From: Waddliaceae bacterium
GTDB lineage: Bacteria; Chlamydiota; Chlamydiia; Chlamydiales; SLFE01
Direction: 5' to 3'
Length of the DNA stretch: 64,000 nucleotides
NCBI GenBank assembly: GCA_963771045.1
Contig: CAVYRW010000001.1
Span: 2,211-66,210, forward strand
Every line of letters starts with the position of its first letter. The stretch's first letter is position 1. Both the position numbers and the translations under genes were made by a program. The notes under the pieces were generated by a model. The model was not told the DNA's origin and made no database searches. It saw nothing but the letters and a program-made list of their open reading frames with translations. Shown piece by piece: positions 31,746 to 41,051 of this stretch.

Positions 31746-32654
31746 TTAGCGATTTATTTTCCAATAAAAATCTTGTCCACTGCAGATTTTTTTAAACCAA
31801 AGGGGAGCGTTTTCGCTTGCTTTTCCAATGCGGTAGCCCAAATATTTGACTCCTGTCCAAACCAGGGCATAGGGGATGAGCCGGGGACTTTCGGCCTTTA
31901 GTTTTTTTAGCATTTCAAACACAAATCTGCGGGCCCGCATTTCATCGGACTGATAGTCTTTCAACAAGTCTTTATTTTTCTTTCGGGCAAGGCCGGTATC
32001 GAAGTGTCTTTGGAATTCCTGGCGGAGTGTGTAGCGATGAGAGTGTTTGACGACTGCTTTTGCCGCATAGGCGATTTTATGTCCTTTTTTCAGAAGTTTT
32101 GCCGCAGTAAAAGTATCTTCGCCGATAAGAGCGTGAGAAAATCCTCCCGCCTCATCCAAGGCCGGAGAGCTGTAGGCTGCAAAGGAGTCGGAGCAGAAGA
32201 TGGTGTAGACGCCGTAGAGGCTTCGATCGTCAAAGGAACGGATGTGGCTTTTAAGAGGGTAGTTAAACTCTCGTTGAAACGATTCAAAAAAACCGGCGCC
32301 GTCATGGGGAATCTGCCTGGCATAGGAAATGGCGGCCTTCCCTTCGATGATCGGCTCGATCAAATGTCCCAATGTCTCTTTGTCGCAAGCATAGGCGTCG
32401 GGGGTCATCATCGCGACGATGTCTGTATTTAAGTGTTTTCTTGCCTTTTCGCGGCTGAGCCCGTGATTGAATTCGTTTCGGGGGATGATCAGGGTTTCCG
32501 CTCCCATTTCTTTTGCCAGTTCGACCGTTCCGTCACGCGATGAGGAGTTCATCACAAGGACCCTGGGTTTTAGTGGAGAGCCTAGTATGGGAGGGAGGCA
32601 ATGGGGAAGATGGTGTTTGGCATTGTGAGTGACAAAGACGACGCCGACAGTCAT
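31746..32654 (-). CDS. GT2 glycosyltransferase (rhamnosyltransferase-like)
   Basis: SSSRDGT, FNHG..R, TPDA, YARQIP, GED and V.HSH.YT motifs. Confidence 0.88.
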   Translation of the reverse strand: MTVGVVFVTHNAKHHLPHCLPPILGSPLKPRVLVMNSSSRDGTVELAKEMGAETLIIPRNEFNHGLSREKARKHLNTDIVAMMTPDAYACDKETLGHLIEPIIEGKAAISYARQIPHDGAGFFESFQREFNYPLKSHIRSFDDRSLYGVYTIFCSDSFAAYSSPALDEAGGFSHALIGEDTFTAAKLLKKGHKIAYAAKAVVKHSHRYTLRQEFQRHFDTGLARKKNKDLLKDYQSDEMRARRFVFEMLKKLKAESPRLIPYALVWTGVKYLGYRIGKASENAPLWFKKICSGQDFYWKINR

Positions 32655-33556
32655 AAAATTCTCTCATTATAGTAAAGAGCCAGTTCTTCCCAAAACGTCT
32701 CTTCCTGCCAGCCCAAAAGCTTTGAGTCCAATTTGTCGGTATTATATCTTTCTTTGGGCTCGGGAAATTCTGTTTGATTGTGCAGCCTATATTCACAGGG
32801 GAGGTTGAGGCGGTTTCTCATTTGATTTGCGAATCTCTTTGTAAAGTCTTTTTGGGTGGAGACGCAGCCTGAGGGATTCAATTTATGGGAATTATTTTCG
32901 ACAAAGGAGGCATAGGCTTTGGCCAGAAGCGAAACGGGGATGTTATCCCTGACATAAAGGGGTGTTTTGATGACCGGGCAGAGTTTTTTTGCCCAATTTT
33001 TGACAAGCCAGGTTGTGAATCTCTCCTCTTCATAGGGGCCGAAGGGATTGGGTATGACAAATTTTTGCAAAGGGAGGTTGAAGCGGCGCGCCATGAGCTT
33101 GAAATAATCGCTGGTGAAGGTTTTGGAAAGTCCATAGGGCAAAAATGCTTCGAGGGGCTTTGTTCCCGCCCCTTCGTCTTTTTCAAAAACAGAGCCGGTG
33201 ATCACGATTTTTTTCCCGCCGTTTTTTTTGAATGTTTCCAAAACACGAGGCAAATTGCAGGTGTTGTTTATAAACGCTTTTGCCACGTCGAAGTTTAGGC
33301 TTTTGTAGTTCTCTACCATAGCAGCGTGATGGCAGAGGACGTCGAAAGAATTTTCATCGAGAAGGCCCAGAAAATCACTTGAGCCGAATCGGCAGTCGGC
33401 TAGGCGGCAGCCGGCTAGTTTGTCCGTCCGCAGTTTTCGAATGCCGGTGTAGTCCGATCGAAGAGTTGCCGTCACCTCGTGACCTTGGGATGTCAGCTCT
33501 TGAACAAACCAAAAACCTGTAAATGAACTGGCGCCGGTAAAGAGGATTTTCATCAT
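32651..33556 (-). CDS. NAD-dependent epimerase/dehydratase
   Basis: TGASSFTG Rossmann motif and YGLSK. Confidence 0.85.
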   Translation of the reverse strand: MMKILFTGASSFTGFWFVQELTSQGHEVTATLRSDYTGIRKLRTDKLAGCRLADCRFGSSDFLGLLDENSFDVLCHHAAMVENYKSLNFDVAKAFINNTCNLPRVLETFKKNGGKKIVITGSVFEKDEGAGTKPLEAFLPYGLSKTFTSDYFKLMARRFNLPLQKFVIPNPFGPYEEERFTTWLVKNWAKKLCPVIKTPLYVRDNIPVSLLAKAYASFVENNSHKLNPSGCVSTQKDFTKRFANQMRNRLNLPCEYRLHNQTEFPEPKERYNTDKLDSKLLGWQEETFWEELALYYNERIL

Positions 33557-34080
33557 GTTAAGTTGGGATGCGATGCGTCCTTTTCGGAAATCACAACCGG
33601 ATCCCCCGGCCACTTAATGGAAATTATCGGATCGTTCCAGCGGATTCCCTTCTCATGTTGGGAAGAGTAAAACTGCGAGACAAAATAGATGATTTCCGTA
33701 TCCGGTTCAAGAGAGTAAAAACCGTGGGCGAACCCTTTGGGGACATACATCATCAGGCCGTTTTGTTCATTGAGGTGGGCGCTGAAATGCTTGCCGAAAG
33801 TGGGAGAGTCTGGTCTTATGTCGACGATGACATCGAAAAGAGAACCCCGCACGCATTTGACAATTTTAACCTCATCGTGAGGGGGAAGCTGGTAGTGAAG
33901 GCCGCGCAGGGTCCCTCTTTCGCTGCTAAACGAGTGGTTGATTTGGACGAATTCATGCTCGAGCTCGTGGCCTTTGAAAACCTCCTGGCAAAAGAGGCGG
34001 GAAAAAAAACCGCGGTCGTCTCTTTTTTTCCAGGGTTCAATGACAAAGCTTCCTTCCAGTGGTGTTTCAATTAACTTCAT
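33553..34080 (-). CDS. rfbC: dTDP-4-dehydrorhamnose 3,5-epimerase family protein
   Basis: DDRGFF, GTLRGLHYQ, VDIRPDSPTFG and GFAHGF motifs. Confidence 0.92.
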   Translation of the reverse strand: MKLIETPLEGSFVIEPWKKRDDRGFFSRLFCQEVFKGHELEHEFVQINHSFSSERGTLRGLHYQLPPHDEVKIVKCVRGSLFDVIVDIRPDSPTFGKHFSAHLNEQNGLMMYVPKGFAHGFYSLEPDTEIIYFVSQFYSSQHEKGIRWNDPIISIKWPGDPVVISEKDASHPNLT

Positions 34081-34873
34081 ATGCATATTCCCATGGTGCC
34101 TCTTTCGTGTGCCAAAGCTTTTCCAGATGGTCGCGGTCCCGCTGGGTATCCATGCAGGCCCAGAAACCGCTGTGCCTGAAAAGATTCAGCTGACCTTCTT
34201 TGGCGAGCCTTGCCAAAGGCTGCTTTTCGAGGACGCATTCAGTGTTTTTTGATAAGTAGCGGAGCATATCCCGTTTAAAAAAGAAATATCCTCCATTGAT
34301 CCATTTTTCTTTGAATTCGGGTTTTTCGGAAAATTTTTTGACGACATCTCCTTCCAGGCAGATCTCTCCGAAACGGGAAGGAGGATTGATTCCTAGAACT
34401 GTTCCGATTTTCTCGTGCTTTAGGTGAAAATGGTATTCTTCCAGAAGGTCGGCATCGGTCAGGCCGTCGCCGTAGGTGACAGCAAAGTTTTCGGCAGCTC
34501 CCAAATAATTTTCCGCAGCAAGAGCAACGCGGGCGCCTGTCATTGCGTTCTCTCCGGTATAGGCGAGCGTGACATGCCAGTCTTCTTCGTGGTGGACCGA
34601 GTGGAGAGTGGTCTCGCGGGTGGCCAAGTCGATGCTGAAATCGCTCCCTAAAATTGAATAATTTAAGAAATAATGTTTAATGACTTCCGCTTTGAACCCC
34701 AGGCAAAGGATAAATCGCCGAAAACCGAATTTGCGGTAAGTGCGCATAATATGCCATAGAATCGGCCTCCCGCCGATGGGGACCATGGGCTTGGGTCGAA
34801 ATTCCGTCTCTTCTTTGATTCTGGTTCCGAGTCCTCCGCAGAGGATGAATACCGGTGTCTCTTCAGTTTCCAT
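34067..34873 (-). CDS. rfbF: Glucose-1-phosphate cytidylyltransferase
   Basis: GGLGTRIKEET.FRPKPMV, TYGDG, WINGGYF and H.GFWACMDT.RD motifs. Confidence 0.92.
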   Translation of the reverse strand: METEETPVFILCGGLGTRIKEETEFRPKPMVPIGGRPILWHIMRTYRKFGFRRFILCLGFKAEVIKHYFLNYSILGSDFSIDLATRETTLHSVHHEEDWHVTLAYTGENAMTGARVALAAENYLGAAENFAVTYGDGLTDADLLEEYHFHLKHEKIGTVLGINPPSRFGEICLEGDVVKKFSEKPEFKEKWINGGYFFFKRDMLRYLSKNTECVLEKQPLARLAKEGQLNLFRHSGFWACMDTQRDRDHLEKLWHTKEAPWEYAYEVN

Positions 34874-34947
34874 ATTTAGGTAAGTATTTTAGCGGTCTTC
34901 TGCGTAAATCACAATTCATAAATTAAAAGTTATGGTAAAATTAACGA

Positions 34948-36167
34948 GTGATGCAACTGAGCTTGAAAGAACATATAAATGAACGTGCCGGCACCCCGTT
35001 AGGCGGGGCTCTGCTTATCGCGGGAACATGCATGGGGGCGGGCATGCTGGCCATCCCCATCGCTACCGGGATGAGCGGTTTTTTCCGGCTATCTTTGTCA
35101 ATATTGTGTGCTGGTTGTTCATGCTGGCGACGGGTCTGCTTTTTTTAGAGGCCACGTTGTGGATGCCCGACGGGGCGAATGTGATTTCTATGTCGGGCCG
35201 CTTCCTTGGCCCTGCGGGAAAGTGGCTCGGAGGATTTTTCTTTTTATTTCTCTACTACAGTTTGATGGTTTCCTACATTGCCGGGGGAGCGCCTTTGGTA
35301 GTCGAGGCTGTCCACCGGCTGACGGGGCTTCAGATGGATGTCGCTTGGGGATTTTTCCTTTTTCCTCTGGTTTTAGCATCTATTCTTTTGGCAGGAGCGT
35401 GGTTTGTCGACAGGGTCAATTGGATTTTAATGTTCTCTCTGATCCTTTCCTATGTGCTGCTGATCGGCGCCGGCGCCGGCGATGTGAATCCTTCCCTTTT
35501 GCTTAAGAAAAATTGGAAGCTTGGCCTGTTTGCGATGCCGATTCTTTTCAGCGCCTATGGCTATCACAATATTATCCCTTCCATTTCCACCTATCTTGGC
35601 CGGAATCGCAATCACTTGCGCCTTGCGATCATTTTGGGAACGACATTGCCTTTTGTCGTTTATTTCATTTGGCAATGGCTGATTATCGGATCGGTTCCTC
35701 CAAAATATTTGGAGCATGCCGCCTCCCAGGGCATACCGGCAAATTATATCCTGGCGCAAGTTACTGGAAAGGCTTGGGTAGGCAGCATTGCCCTTTTTTT
35801 CGGTTTTTTTGCGATAGTCACATCGCTTCTTGGGATTTCCCTTTCCATGATTGACTTTATGGGCGATGGTTTCGGGATGGGGCGAAAGGGTTTTCAGCGG
35901 TTGGCGCTGACGATGCTGGTATTTGGTCCACCTGCGGCTTTTGCCTACAACTATCCGGAAATATTTGTCGAAGCTCTGGGAATTGCGGGGGGATTCGGGG
36001 AGGCCTTTCTCAACGGGCTGCTTCCCATTGCGTTGGTTTGGATCGGGAGGTATCATATGAAGCTTGAGGGGAGGCCGCTCCTTTTTGGCGGGCGGGGGCT
36101 TCTGGCGCTGCTTTTTGTCTTTACGATCTTTATCATGATTCTGGAAACAATACACCTTGTGTTTTGA
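34948..36167 (+). CDS. tyrP: Aromatic amino-acid permease (TyrP/Mtr family), frameshift at about 35080
   Basis: GGALLIAGTCMGAGMLAIP, YGYHNIIPS and TSLLG motifs across two ORFs. Confidence 0.88.
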
Positions 36168-36168
36168 G

Positions 36169-36340
36169 AGCCTTGTAGCAATATTTATCACAAGAGCACG
36201 CAGAGAGGGTATGAGATCTCATGTCCTATGCTGCTATTAACTCACTCTCTGGCATTCCCAATCTTGTCATGATATTTAGTGCTTTGCATTTTGCTCGAGT
36301 TTCCGCTCGTTGACTCTCAACTACTCTACTTCTTAATTTA
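36169..36340 (-). mobile_element. Diverged 3' end remnant of a relative of the GxxExxY-carrying IS903 element
   Basis: Minus strand encodes LRSRVVESQRAETRAKCKALNIMTRLGMPESELIAA*, followed by the same CACAAGAGCACGCAGAGAG subterminal repeat. Confidence 0.85.
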
Positions 36341-36358
36341 TACCCCGGAATTTTCAAT

Positions 36359-37540
36359 TTATGGAAAGTCGGGCATTGTTCGCACCATAAACTCTTCAAA
36401 GAGGGGAACAGTGAAAGCTATATAGCCATACGCGGGACTATAAATCATACCTTTTTTTATAAGGTTTGTTCTAACAGGGCTTAAAGTAGAAACTTTTGAA
36501 TCAAATTTCTGTGCAATTTCTGCAACTTTATAAGGTCCCTTTCCGAAAGATGCCATCATTCTCATAAATTCCTTTTCCTTAGGTGTCAGCCTATCAAACC
36601 GAACCCTGAAAAAGTTGTTATCCAACTGGTCTATGACTTCCGTTGTTGCTTGATTTATAACTTCGATGGTAATGGGATTTGATTCAGCTCGATTCCATGC
36701 CTTATATCCCCATTCTTGAAGAAAATATGGATAACCCTTTGTATTTTCATAAATTTTTTCTAGCGCTCTTTTTTCAAAATCCACCGATGCTGCAAGCGCA
36801 GGGTCTCTTAATGCTTTATAGGCATTTTCTCTTGACAACTCTCCAATGATGGGAAAATTGAACAGCCGCTCAGCATAAGACTTTGACTCTCCAGCAAGCC
36901 CAGGCAAAACAGGCAGCCCAGCTGCAAGCAAAAGCATAGGAAGTTGTTTTTGTTGGAGTTTATGCATGGCCATGATCAACGCGCCTAATTCTTTAATCGA
37001 AAGATATTGAATCTCATCTACCAATATGGCTACTGCGCAATTTTTGTCTAAAGCAGCCTCTCCTACCGCAACAAATAACTGTTGCAAATCGATTTCGAGG
37101 TCGCCGCTATCCGCAGAACCTAACTCAGGTTCGATATCTAATCCAAGCGTAATTTCTCCATAGCTAACCTTCAAAGAACCGACAAAGCTTTTCAGTACAG
37201 CAAGAGCTCTTTTCGCCTTGTTTCCAAGTCCTGTCATCCTATCGAGTTTGAATAGTAATGTTCTCAAGTAAGGAACTAGCAATGCTCCAAGCGGTTTATC
37301 TTCATGAGCTTCTACAAAAATAATTTGGTAGTCAGCTTTTTCTGCCATTCTCTGGATTTCATTTAGCAATACTGTTTTTCCAACGCCTCGCAGTCCAGTC
37401 AGCAACAAGCTTTTTTCTGGTCTCCCAGCCCGTATCCTTCCAAGTAAAATTTTTGCTTGTTTAAGAATTGGGTCTCTGCCGACGAGCTCGGGAGGAGGGG
37501 CCCCTGCTCCAGGTGAATAAGGATTTTTGATAGGGTCCAA
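36359..37540 (-). CDS. AAA ATPase with a C-terminal winged helix
   Basis: NPYSPGAG.PP, Walker A GLRGVGKT, Walker B ILVDEIQ, GYPYFLQ, C-terminal HTH. Confidence 0.88.
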   Translation of the reverse strand: MDPIKNPYSPGAGAPPPELVGRDPILKQAKILLGRIRAGRPEKSLLLTGLRGVGKTVLLNEIQRMAEKADYQIIFVEAHEDKPLGALLVPYLRTLLFKLDRMTGLGNKAKRALAVLKSFVGSLKVSYGEITLGLDIEPELGSADSGDLEIDLQQLFVAVGEAALDKNCAVAILVDEIQYLSIKELGALIMAMHKLQQKQLPMLLLAAGLPVLPGLAGESKSYAERLFNFPIIGELSRENAYKALRDPALAASVDFEKRALEKIYENTKGYPYFLQEWGYKAWNRAESNPITIEVINQATTEVIDQLDNNFFRVRFDRLTPKEKEFMRMMASFGKGPYKVAEIAQKFDSKVSTLSPVRTNLIKKGMIYSPAYGYIAFTVPLFEEFMVRTMPDFP

Positions 37541-37550
37541 CTTTTACCTC

Positions 37551-37628
37551 TGTTAGGTTATATCAAGTTATAGCAACTTATAGCATAAATTCACTATAAC
37601 TAGCTATAACTTTGTATAAGTACTAACA
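37551..37628. promoter_or_regulatory. Six 10-bp-phased GTTATAGCAA-like sites (three direct, three inverted)
   Basis: GTTATATCAA GTTATAGCAA CTTATAGCAT / TCACTATAAC TAGCTATAAC TTTGTATAAG, bracketed by TGTTAG and CTAACA. Confidence 0.65.
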
Positions 37629-37633
37629 AAAAT

Positions 37634-38028
37634 GGTTCCTGTGAAGAATTGGGGGCGGTCTCAGGTTGATTTCATGAAAAAGAGCTCGCGTGCGTGCCCG
37701 ATTACAAACTAACTACTGGGAAAGTTTGATCAGCATAGCCACAATTCTGAGCAGAAGGCTTCGCCCTTGTCTAAATAGCTGTTCACCAATTAATTGCAAC
37801 TGATTACATATATCTAATATGCTAGCGCATTCAGTTGCCGACCGCTTAGCCATTCGGTAAAATCTGATCTTCTCATTGCTCGAATATTCCCCAGCACCTT
37901 CAGCTATATTTAGAGGTACAGAAAAGTTAAATCGGGCACGGGCACGCACGCGGGCAGGGCACGATTTTATATCAAATCTTTTCCATCAGATTCCTCTAAT
38001 TTTCAACCCCCAATTTTTCACAAGAACC
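37634..38028. mobile_element. 395-bp non-autonomous mobile cassette
   Basis: 22-bp IRs GGTTCCTGTGAAGAATTGGGGG and CCCCCAATTTTTCACAAGAACC; 8-bp TSD ACAAAAAT at 37626-37633 and 38029-38036. Confidence 0.88.
37713..37925 (-). pseudogene. Four-helix-bundle protein (23S rRNA IVS protein family), 5'-truncated
   Basis: SVPLNIAEGAG.YS..EK.RFY.MA.RSATECA.ILD motif. Confidence 0.85.
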
Positions 38029-38299
38029 ACAAAAATGCGTATTTCAAGCAGAATTGACTGACTTAAACTAAGCCAAAAAGCGGTTTGCCGATTAGTCTAA
38101 ACAAACGGTGGAACGAAGAGACACAATATTGTGTCAAATTCTTAGTCCGCATTTCTGGCTCTCTAATGTTGATCGATAATCTGAATCCAAGCACACTCCT
38201 GGTATTTTTCGCAGATTTTACCGAATGGCGAAATTTATATACCAAAGTGTGTGTTTTCAACGGTTGCTGAGCTGAAAACTATTTTAAGCGTACATCTTA

Positions 38300-38547
38300 A
38301 GCAAAACGATTTAAATAATGTATTGCTTCTGAGTACAGATGAGAAAGAGATATTAAATATTAAAAAAACATCGAGTTATATTAAGAAATTAATATAAAAA
38401 TTTATTGAAAGAAAATCTTATGTTATATGTTTTTTTGAGATGAATTTAGATACAAAGAAAATTGATGAAATTTTGGTAGATACAAAAAAGATTTGTTTTC
38501 CTGCTTACGATGAGGAAGCATTCTTGGTATGGAAACGTCATGATTAG
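38300..38547 (+). pseudogene. C-terminal fragment of a paralog of the downstream gene
   Basis: Ends ICFPAYDEEAFLVWKRHD*, similar to IIVNAYDGEAYISWKAH* downstream; the start coordinate is approximate. Confidence 0.55.
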
Positions 38548-38555
38548 GTTAAATT

Positions 38556-40834
38556 ATGAAACGAATGATTCGCCACAGCTTGAATTATGAAAAAACATAC
38601 CCATATGTTCGTGATATTATTCATTGGGGTACTCCATTAACAAAGGTATTGTCAGAAAAAATCGATTTTTCGAAAGGACATTTTTTTATTGACTTACCGG
38701 AAGGGTATATTTTGAGCCGAATTTATAATTTTAAGAATGCGGGGATTTCTTATAAACTAGATGTCGGGGCTGAGAAAAAATTAACCCCAAGTGGCAAGCC
38801 TTATACTCCTAGATTTTATATGTCAACACAAGCTGAATTAGACTATTTTTTAAAGAGATATTTAGATTTAGATGACAAAAATTTCGTTATTATTGATGAA
38901 TATTGTATCTGTTCAGATGGGGTACCCCCCCCCAGGGGGAGTCGTAAACTTCTAACACGTTTTGTTAACCGAGAACTACCTCGTGAATTTGTGTCGTAGG
39001 AAACCGTTTTCTATTTTGAAAATATCGGCGGCGCTTGTTCCGCCATGAATGTATGCTTTAAAACATTCGGTAAAATAATCGAACGAATTTTGAGCACGTA
39101 ACTTCAATGTCATACCAACTGTTAACACCCGTTCGACAAATCGCTCACCTTCTTCTGATTGTGAGCCAAAGCATAGCTTCCTCCAAATGACTCCGCCTCT
39201 AAGACGTTGCTCGGCTGTATTGTTAGTCGGTTCGATATTCTCATGATAGGCAAATACCCATAACATCTCGAACCGTCCAAAAAAATCAGCGCAAGTCGAC
39301 CTCGTTTTATTGCAAATCTCTTTGTGAATTGCACCAGCTTTGAGGAGGACTTTCAAATCTTCTTTTGGGCCTATTTCGATCTTCTCGATCAGTTCGTCCC
39401 TTGCAATCTCACCGTTTTTGTAGCTATGCCAAAGATTGAATATCGACTTTTTACACTCTAACAACCGTTCCCCGATCCATTTATCAAATCCATCCCTGCC
39501 TGCAATCTTTTCAAAATCTCTATCTGCATGCGACCAGCAAAGTTGTCGCAGACCTTCATGCGAATTATAGGCATTATAGCGATCGGTTGTTAAACCCCCT
39601 TTGAAAGAACCAAAGATCTCGCGGAATGCCTTGTTGCTGCGTGAAGCCTTGATTGCGAAAAACACAGTTTCCTTGCCGCTTCCGACCCAAATCCATCTCT
39701 TTTCCGACATCGTTTTCCAACTCGTTTCATCGGCATAAATATGTTCTTCATTTAGAGTGTGTGTCCTAATTTCTTCGTATGGTGCTTTTAAAATCTGACT
39801 AGCTCGGACATGGATTTTACACACGCTGCCGGAACATATCCGAATATTGAGTCTGCCCATTAGAGCACAGACTTGACGTTTGGATAATCTAAACTCTCCT
39901 GAAAGAGAAGTGACGAAACCCATTAATCGGGGACCAAAACCAAATCGCGCTTCTTCGGGAATATCAGCCTTTACATGCTTACCACATCCGCTACACTGAC
40001 AGGTGTTAATGTTGTATTGAGTAACTTCCGGAGGAGCGTCCGGTAATTCCACTACTTGTCGTACATCCGTTCTGACCACCTCCGAATTAAACGAGTGGGA
40101 GTGGCAGTTCGGACAAGTGTCCGGCTTTATGTTATGCAGCGACTGCACCTGATTAATTGGAACTAGTTGACGGGGGTGGCCCTTATGACCTTTTTGTGCT
40201 CCCTGTTTACGCCCGTAGGTTCCTTCTTTCTTTGAGCTCTGAAAGGATCTTGCGAGGGGGGCTTAGAGCTATTCGAAGAGTTGGTGTTGAGTTTATCTTC
40301 GAGCTCCTTAACTTTTGCCTTGAGTGCCTGGTTTTCCTTTTTGAGGATTTCAATTTCCTCCAAGGCTTTATTCAGCTTTTCAAAGAGTTCTTCGTAGGTT
40401 GGCTTCATGTTATAAAGTGGTTTTGAACAACCAGAATAATAATAAAAATCTTATTTTATGCCGTATAAAATTTTTATTATTTTTGTGGGGTAGCGCGCGA
40501 GGCGGTAGCCGTTCCTAGAGTTACCCCGTGAACGGATACTGAATATTTACTAAGAGCGGGAGATAAGAATTTACAAATCGACAATGTGGCTATTGGTTTT
40601 GAAGGAGACTATGCCAGTCACATATTAACGTCTAAAAATTCAGAAGGTGATATTTCCAATTCTACAAGCTGCTCTTGTTATGACGAGCATACAGTCATTG
40701 TTTTGTCACGAGGAGATTTAATTTTTTCAAATCATTTTGTTAGTGATAATCAAGAGACGATTTTAAATAATGTCGAGTATATAATTGTTAATGCTTATGA
40801 TGGAGAAGCTTATATAAGTTGGAAAGCTCATTAA
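38556..40834 (+). pseudogene. Hypothetical protein (about 212 aa) interrupted by IS66 copy 2
   Basis: Removing the IS and one TSD joins ...VIIDEY to LLRAGDKNLQIDNVAIG... in frame. Confidence 0.8.
38905..40539 (-). mobile_element. IS66-family element, copy 2 (transposase frameshifted)
   Basis: Near-identical to copy 1; 8-bp TSD TGAATATT at 38897-38904 and 40540-40547. Confidence 0.95.
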
Positions 40835-40860
40835 TTATGCGTCGATATGCAGTGATCAGC

Positions 40861-41028
40861 CAGCAATTCCCGCTGGAGCTGAAATCGCTGAAACAGAATT
40901 AGTTAAAACAGCCTCTTTCGTAGATTCGGTCTCTAATTTAACCGATCTTGAACTATTTTTAACCACTGACTCTTTTATCGCTCTCCTAGAGGAAACGCTT
41001 GAATCAGAATTTCCAACGGGAACAGCTG
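40861..41028. repeat. 168-bp MITE with CAGCAATTCCCG-type ends
   Basis: CAGCAATTCCCGCTGGAG and TTCCAACGGGAACAGCTG imperfect IRs; a similar end lies at about 59196-59210. Confidence 0.55.
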
Positions 41029-41051
41029 TAAGTTATCTATATCTCTGCTCT

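Noticed and set aside
37713-37949. Diversity-generating retroelement (Avd-like four-helix bundle)
   Set aside because: No reverse transcriptase or TR/VR pair in the window, and the gene is truncated.
38120-38135. Perfect palindrome GACACAATATTGTGTC resembling an NrdR box
   Set aside because: The half-site spacing is 2 bp short, it is a single site, and it is not upstream of a nucleotide-metabolism gene.
21723-40539. Composite transposon bounded by IS66
   Set aside because: Each copy has its own TSD; the outer flanks do not match each other.
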